DNA of 17,336 nucleotides from a virus (Duplodnaviria; Heunggongvirae; Uroviricota; Caudoviricetes): IMG/VR virus record IMGVR_UViG_2636416089_000002; one strand, 5' to 3'. Shown piece by piece: positions 15,492 to 17,336 of this stretch (position 1 is its first letter; each line of letters starts with the position of its first letter). The notes under the pieces were generated by a model. It saw only the letters and a program-made list of their open reading frames with translations, ran no database searches and was not told where the DNA came from. The position numbers and the translations under genes were made by a program.

Positions 15492-16073
15492 ATGCAATAC
15501 GATGAATTCCAGGCTGAAGCAACAGCCAATGGTATACGAACTGGCAGTATGACGATTGATTATCACGACGCCATACGTCGTCTGGATGCCGGAGAATTCG
15601 ATACTCCTAATGTGCGAGGTTTACGTATCCTTCAGTGTCTGGCGCAAGCCGACGAAGCAGGATTACTGGGTAAACTTCCGGTTGAGATGAAGGTTGCTCA
15701 GTGGCGATGGTTGTATGTGACGACATTCATCAACGAAGAAGAAGACAAGAACGGCACAATTGATATCCTGAATGAACACGGAACAACTGAACACGCCGTG
15801 GTATATAACGGGATGTATGGGTTTATGACGATATATCCCGGCCCCATTCGATTTGCCTTACAACAGTATATTGAATGGAATTTAATTCAAAAATACGGCG
15901 AAGCTGAAGGAATGGGAAGAGCGCTGTTTCTTTATCAGAAAATGCTCACTACTTCCCCTGATAAAGGTTTCATTCTTTCAGATATGGGTCGAGAAGGGCT
16001 TGAAATCCTTCTGGATGAAATTATTAACGAAATGAATACTCATGGCATGCAATCCGAAACAGATATTAAGTAA
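15492..16073 (+). CDS. Hypothetical 193-aa protein
   Basis: GAGGAA upstream of ATG; AT-rich; no recognisable catalytic motif. Confidence 0.55.
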   Translation: MQYDEFQAEATANGIRTGSMTIDYHDAIRRLDAGEFDTPNVRGLRILQCLAQADEAGLLGKLPVEMKVAQWRWLYVTTFINEEEDKNGTIDILNEHGTTEHAVVYNGMYGFMTIYPGPIRFALQQYIEWNLIQKYGEAEGMGRALFLYQKMLTTSPDKGFILSDMGREGLEILLDEIINEMNTHGMQSETDIK

Positions 16074-16083
16074 AAGGGACCAC

Positions 16084-16332
16084 ATGACCGTTATCGAGTA
16101 TATCCAGGAAAATCCAGATTGCAGTAGAGAAGATATATCCCTCGCACTTGGAAGAAGCGCAACTTCTATCAGTAATGAATTATCACGGTTATTGTGGAAT
16201 GGGTTAATAGTACGAACTGGAGAAAAAAACAAAATGATTCTGTACTGCGTAAACAATCTGCCGTTTGGATACAGCAATCCCCTAAGTGTTATGTTCAACC
16301 AGTTACTTAAACAGGTAAGAAATGGCAACTGA
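16084..16332 (+). CDS. Hypothetical 82-aa protein, possibly winged-helix DNA-binding
   Basis: MTVIEYIQENPDCSREDISLALGRSATSISNELSRLLWNGLIVRTG; the ORF track begins at 16042 but ATG 16084 is the more plausible start. Confidence 0.45.
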   Translation: MTVIEYIQENPDCSREDISLALGRSATSISNELSRLLWNGLIVRTGEKNKMILYCVNNLPFGYSNPLSVMFNQLLKQVRNGN

Positions 16333-16639
16333 CTCACAACTAACCATAGAAACGGCCCTGAATGTCGGCCTGGCGCTCCTTGGTTATTTTTACATCGTGT
16401 TCTGCAGCGGACGGTGGCTGTCGCTGTTGTTCCTGAAAAAATGGAATAAACGCCGTAAGCAGGATGAACGCCAGAAGGCAATGAATGCGTTTTCCGAAGC
16501 CTTCGGAATTGACGGCATGGAACCAGGGGATCCAGCTCGCGCAATCAGCAGAGGGGGTGTAGTAATCCTTGTATATCGGAGTGAAGAGAAAAATGACGAT
16601 CACAAAACAACGAGTAGAAAAAATCATATATCGCCATGA
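16322..16639 (+). CDS. Hypothetical 105-aa protein with one predicted transmembrane segment
   Basis: ALNVGLALLGYFYIVFCSGRWLSLLFL hydrophobic stretch followed by a basic patch; weak RBS and overlaps with both neighbours. Confidence 0.35.
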   Translation: MATDSQLTIETALNVGLALLGYFYIVFCSGRWLSLLFLKKWNKRRKQDERQKAMNAFSEAFGIDGMEPGDPARAISRGGVVILVYRSEEKNDDHKTTSRKNHISP

Positions 16640-16907
16640 AATGGGACTGAACAGCGATGTCACTGCCGAAGAGGTTTATGACCTGGCTGTACTGGCGCTG
16701 AATTTATCAAATATCGCAAACCTGAAGCGATACGAGCTTGATATGGATGGTTGCGACTCGTGCGGTCAGGATTGTGGCGCAGATATGACTGAAGATCCTG
16801 ATGGTGATTATGTCCTGTTTGATGACGTGGTTAAGTTGTTTGAATTTGATACAACCACTCAAAAGTTAGAAATCCCGGCAAAGGAGGCTGCCAGTGAGCA
16901 AGATTGA
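16593..16907 (+). CDS. Hypothetical 104-aa protein
   Basis: ORF (track start 16569; internal ATG 16593 preferred); acidic and Cys-containing middle section. Confidence 0.45.
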   Translation: MTITKQRVEKIIYRHEMGLNSDVTAEEVYDLAVLALNLSNIANLKRYELDMDGCDSCGQDCGADMTEDPDGDYVLFDDVVKLFEFDTTTQKLEIPAKEAASEQD

Positions 16908-17079
16908 CTATCAGGCACTGCGCGAGGCGGCGGAACAGGCAACGCAAGATGAATGGGTAGCATATATTTTGCCGGGTCATAACGGCATTTATCCTGCGCG
17001 CACGTTTGAGGGTAGGCATTGTGCGGATACTTTATTGACTGGCCTGGCGTCTGTCAGGGGCGGGAGAGCATCAACATGA
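16894..17079 (+). CDS. Small protein with Ead/Ea22-like N-terminus
   Basis: GTG start with AAGGAGG 6 nt upstream; MSKIDYQALREAAEQATQDEWV resembles the conserved Ea22-family N-terminus from memory. Confidence 0.45.
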   Translation: MSKIDYQALREAAEQATQDEWVAYILPGHNGIYPARTFEGRHCADTLLTGLASVRGGRAST

Positions 17080-17336
17080 GCATCAGAACCTACGCAGTGA
17101 ATTGCAATGACGCATGGCTAAACACCGAAGGTGATGACATCTCCGGCTCATACGTTAAGTACAAAGACCATCAGGAAGTGGTTGCCGCTCTTGAGGCCAA
17201 GTGCGCGGCGCTGGCAGCGGAGAATGCGGGAATAAAGTCTGCAATTCCAGAATCACGGGATATTGAAGATGACAATGACAATATGGATGACGTATCTCTC
17301 GCGGAAGACTTCGGGTTCAATCATGCAATAGAACGG
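17076..17336 (+). CDS. Hypothetical protein, 5' portion (continues beyond window end)
   Basis: ATG at 17076 overlaps the upstream stop (ATGA); open to the window end; MSIRTYAVNCNDAWLNTEGDDISGSYVKYKDHQEVVAALEAK. Confidence 0.45.
   Translation, partial: MSIRTYAVNCNDAWLNTEGDDISGSYVKYKDHQEVVAALEAKCAALAAENAGIKSAIPESRDIEDDNDNMDDVSLAEDFGFNHAIER

Larger units (their letters stand above)
1..17336. mobile_element. Lambdoid prophage segment (early-left, immunity, replication, nin-like and late/lysis regions); both ends lie outside the window
   Basis: Gene content and order: CI-like repressor, O-like initiator with iterons, DnaC/DnaB-like genes, tRNA trio, nanS-p, holin, endolysin. No integrase or att site in window. 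Confidence 0.85.

Noticed and set aside
1-17336. Integrase, attachment sites or insertion-sequence transposase
   Set aside because: No tyrosine or serine recombinase or transposase-like ORF and no terminal inverted repeats; the prophage ends are outside this window.

Overview
The window is an internal segment of a lambdoid prophage of the E. coli / Shigella type, with its early-right and late genes on the minus strand and its repressor and early-left genes on the plus strand. Reading the minus strand from high to low coordinates: three Rha-family (antirepressor-like) genes, two small ORFs, a replication module (initiator with internal iterons, DnaC-like loader, DnaB-like helicase), an 85-aa ORF, a DUF968 gene, a DNA methyltransferase, three tRNAs (Ile2-CAT, Arg-TCG, Arg-TCT), a 490-bp gap where Stx phages carry stxAB, a nanS-p-like esterase, an S21-like holin, a DUF1327 gene and a 5'-partial SAR endolysin. 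On the plus strand: a CI-like LexA-type repressor (12986..13642) followed by an AT-rich block of small genes of unknown function ending in Ea22-like ORFs. No stx genes, no Q antiterminator, no integrase, no CRISPR and no IS element were found. Three genes (nanS-p, methyltransferase, replication initiator) appear frameshifted. The best candidates for something undescribed are the AT-rich accessory cluster at about 13650..16330 and the tandem Rha modules with a conserved 5' block and terminator-like hairpins. All family assignments are from reading the translations and from memory; no database search was run.
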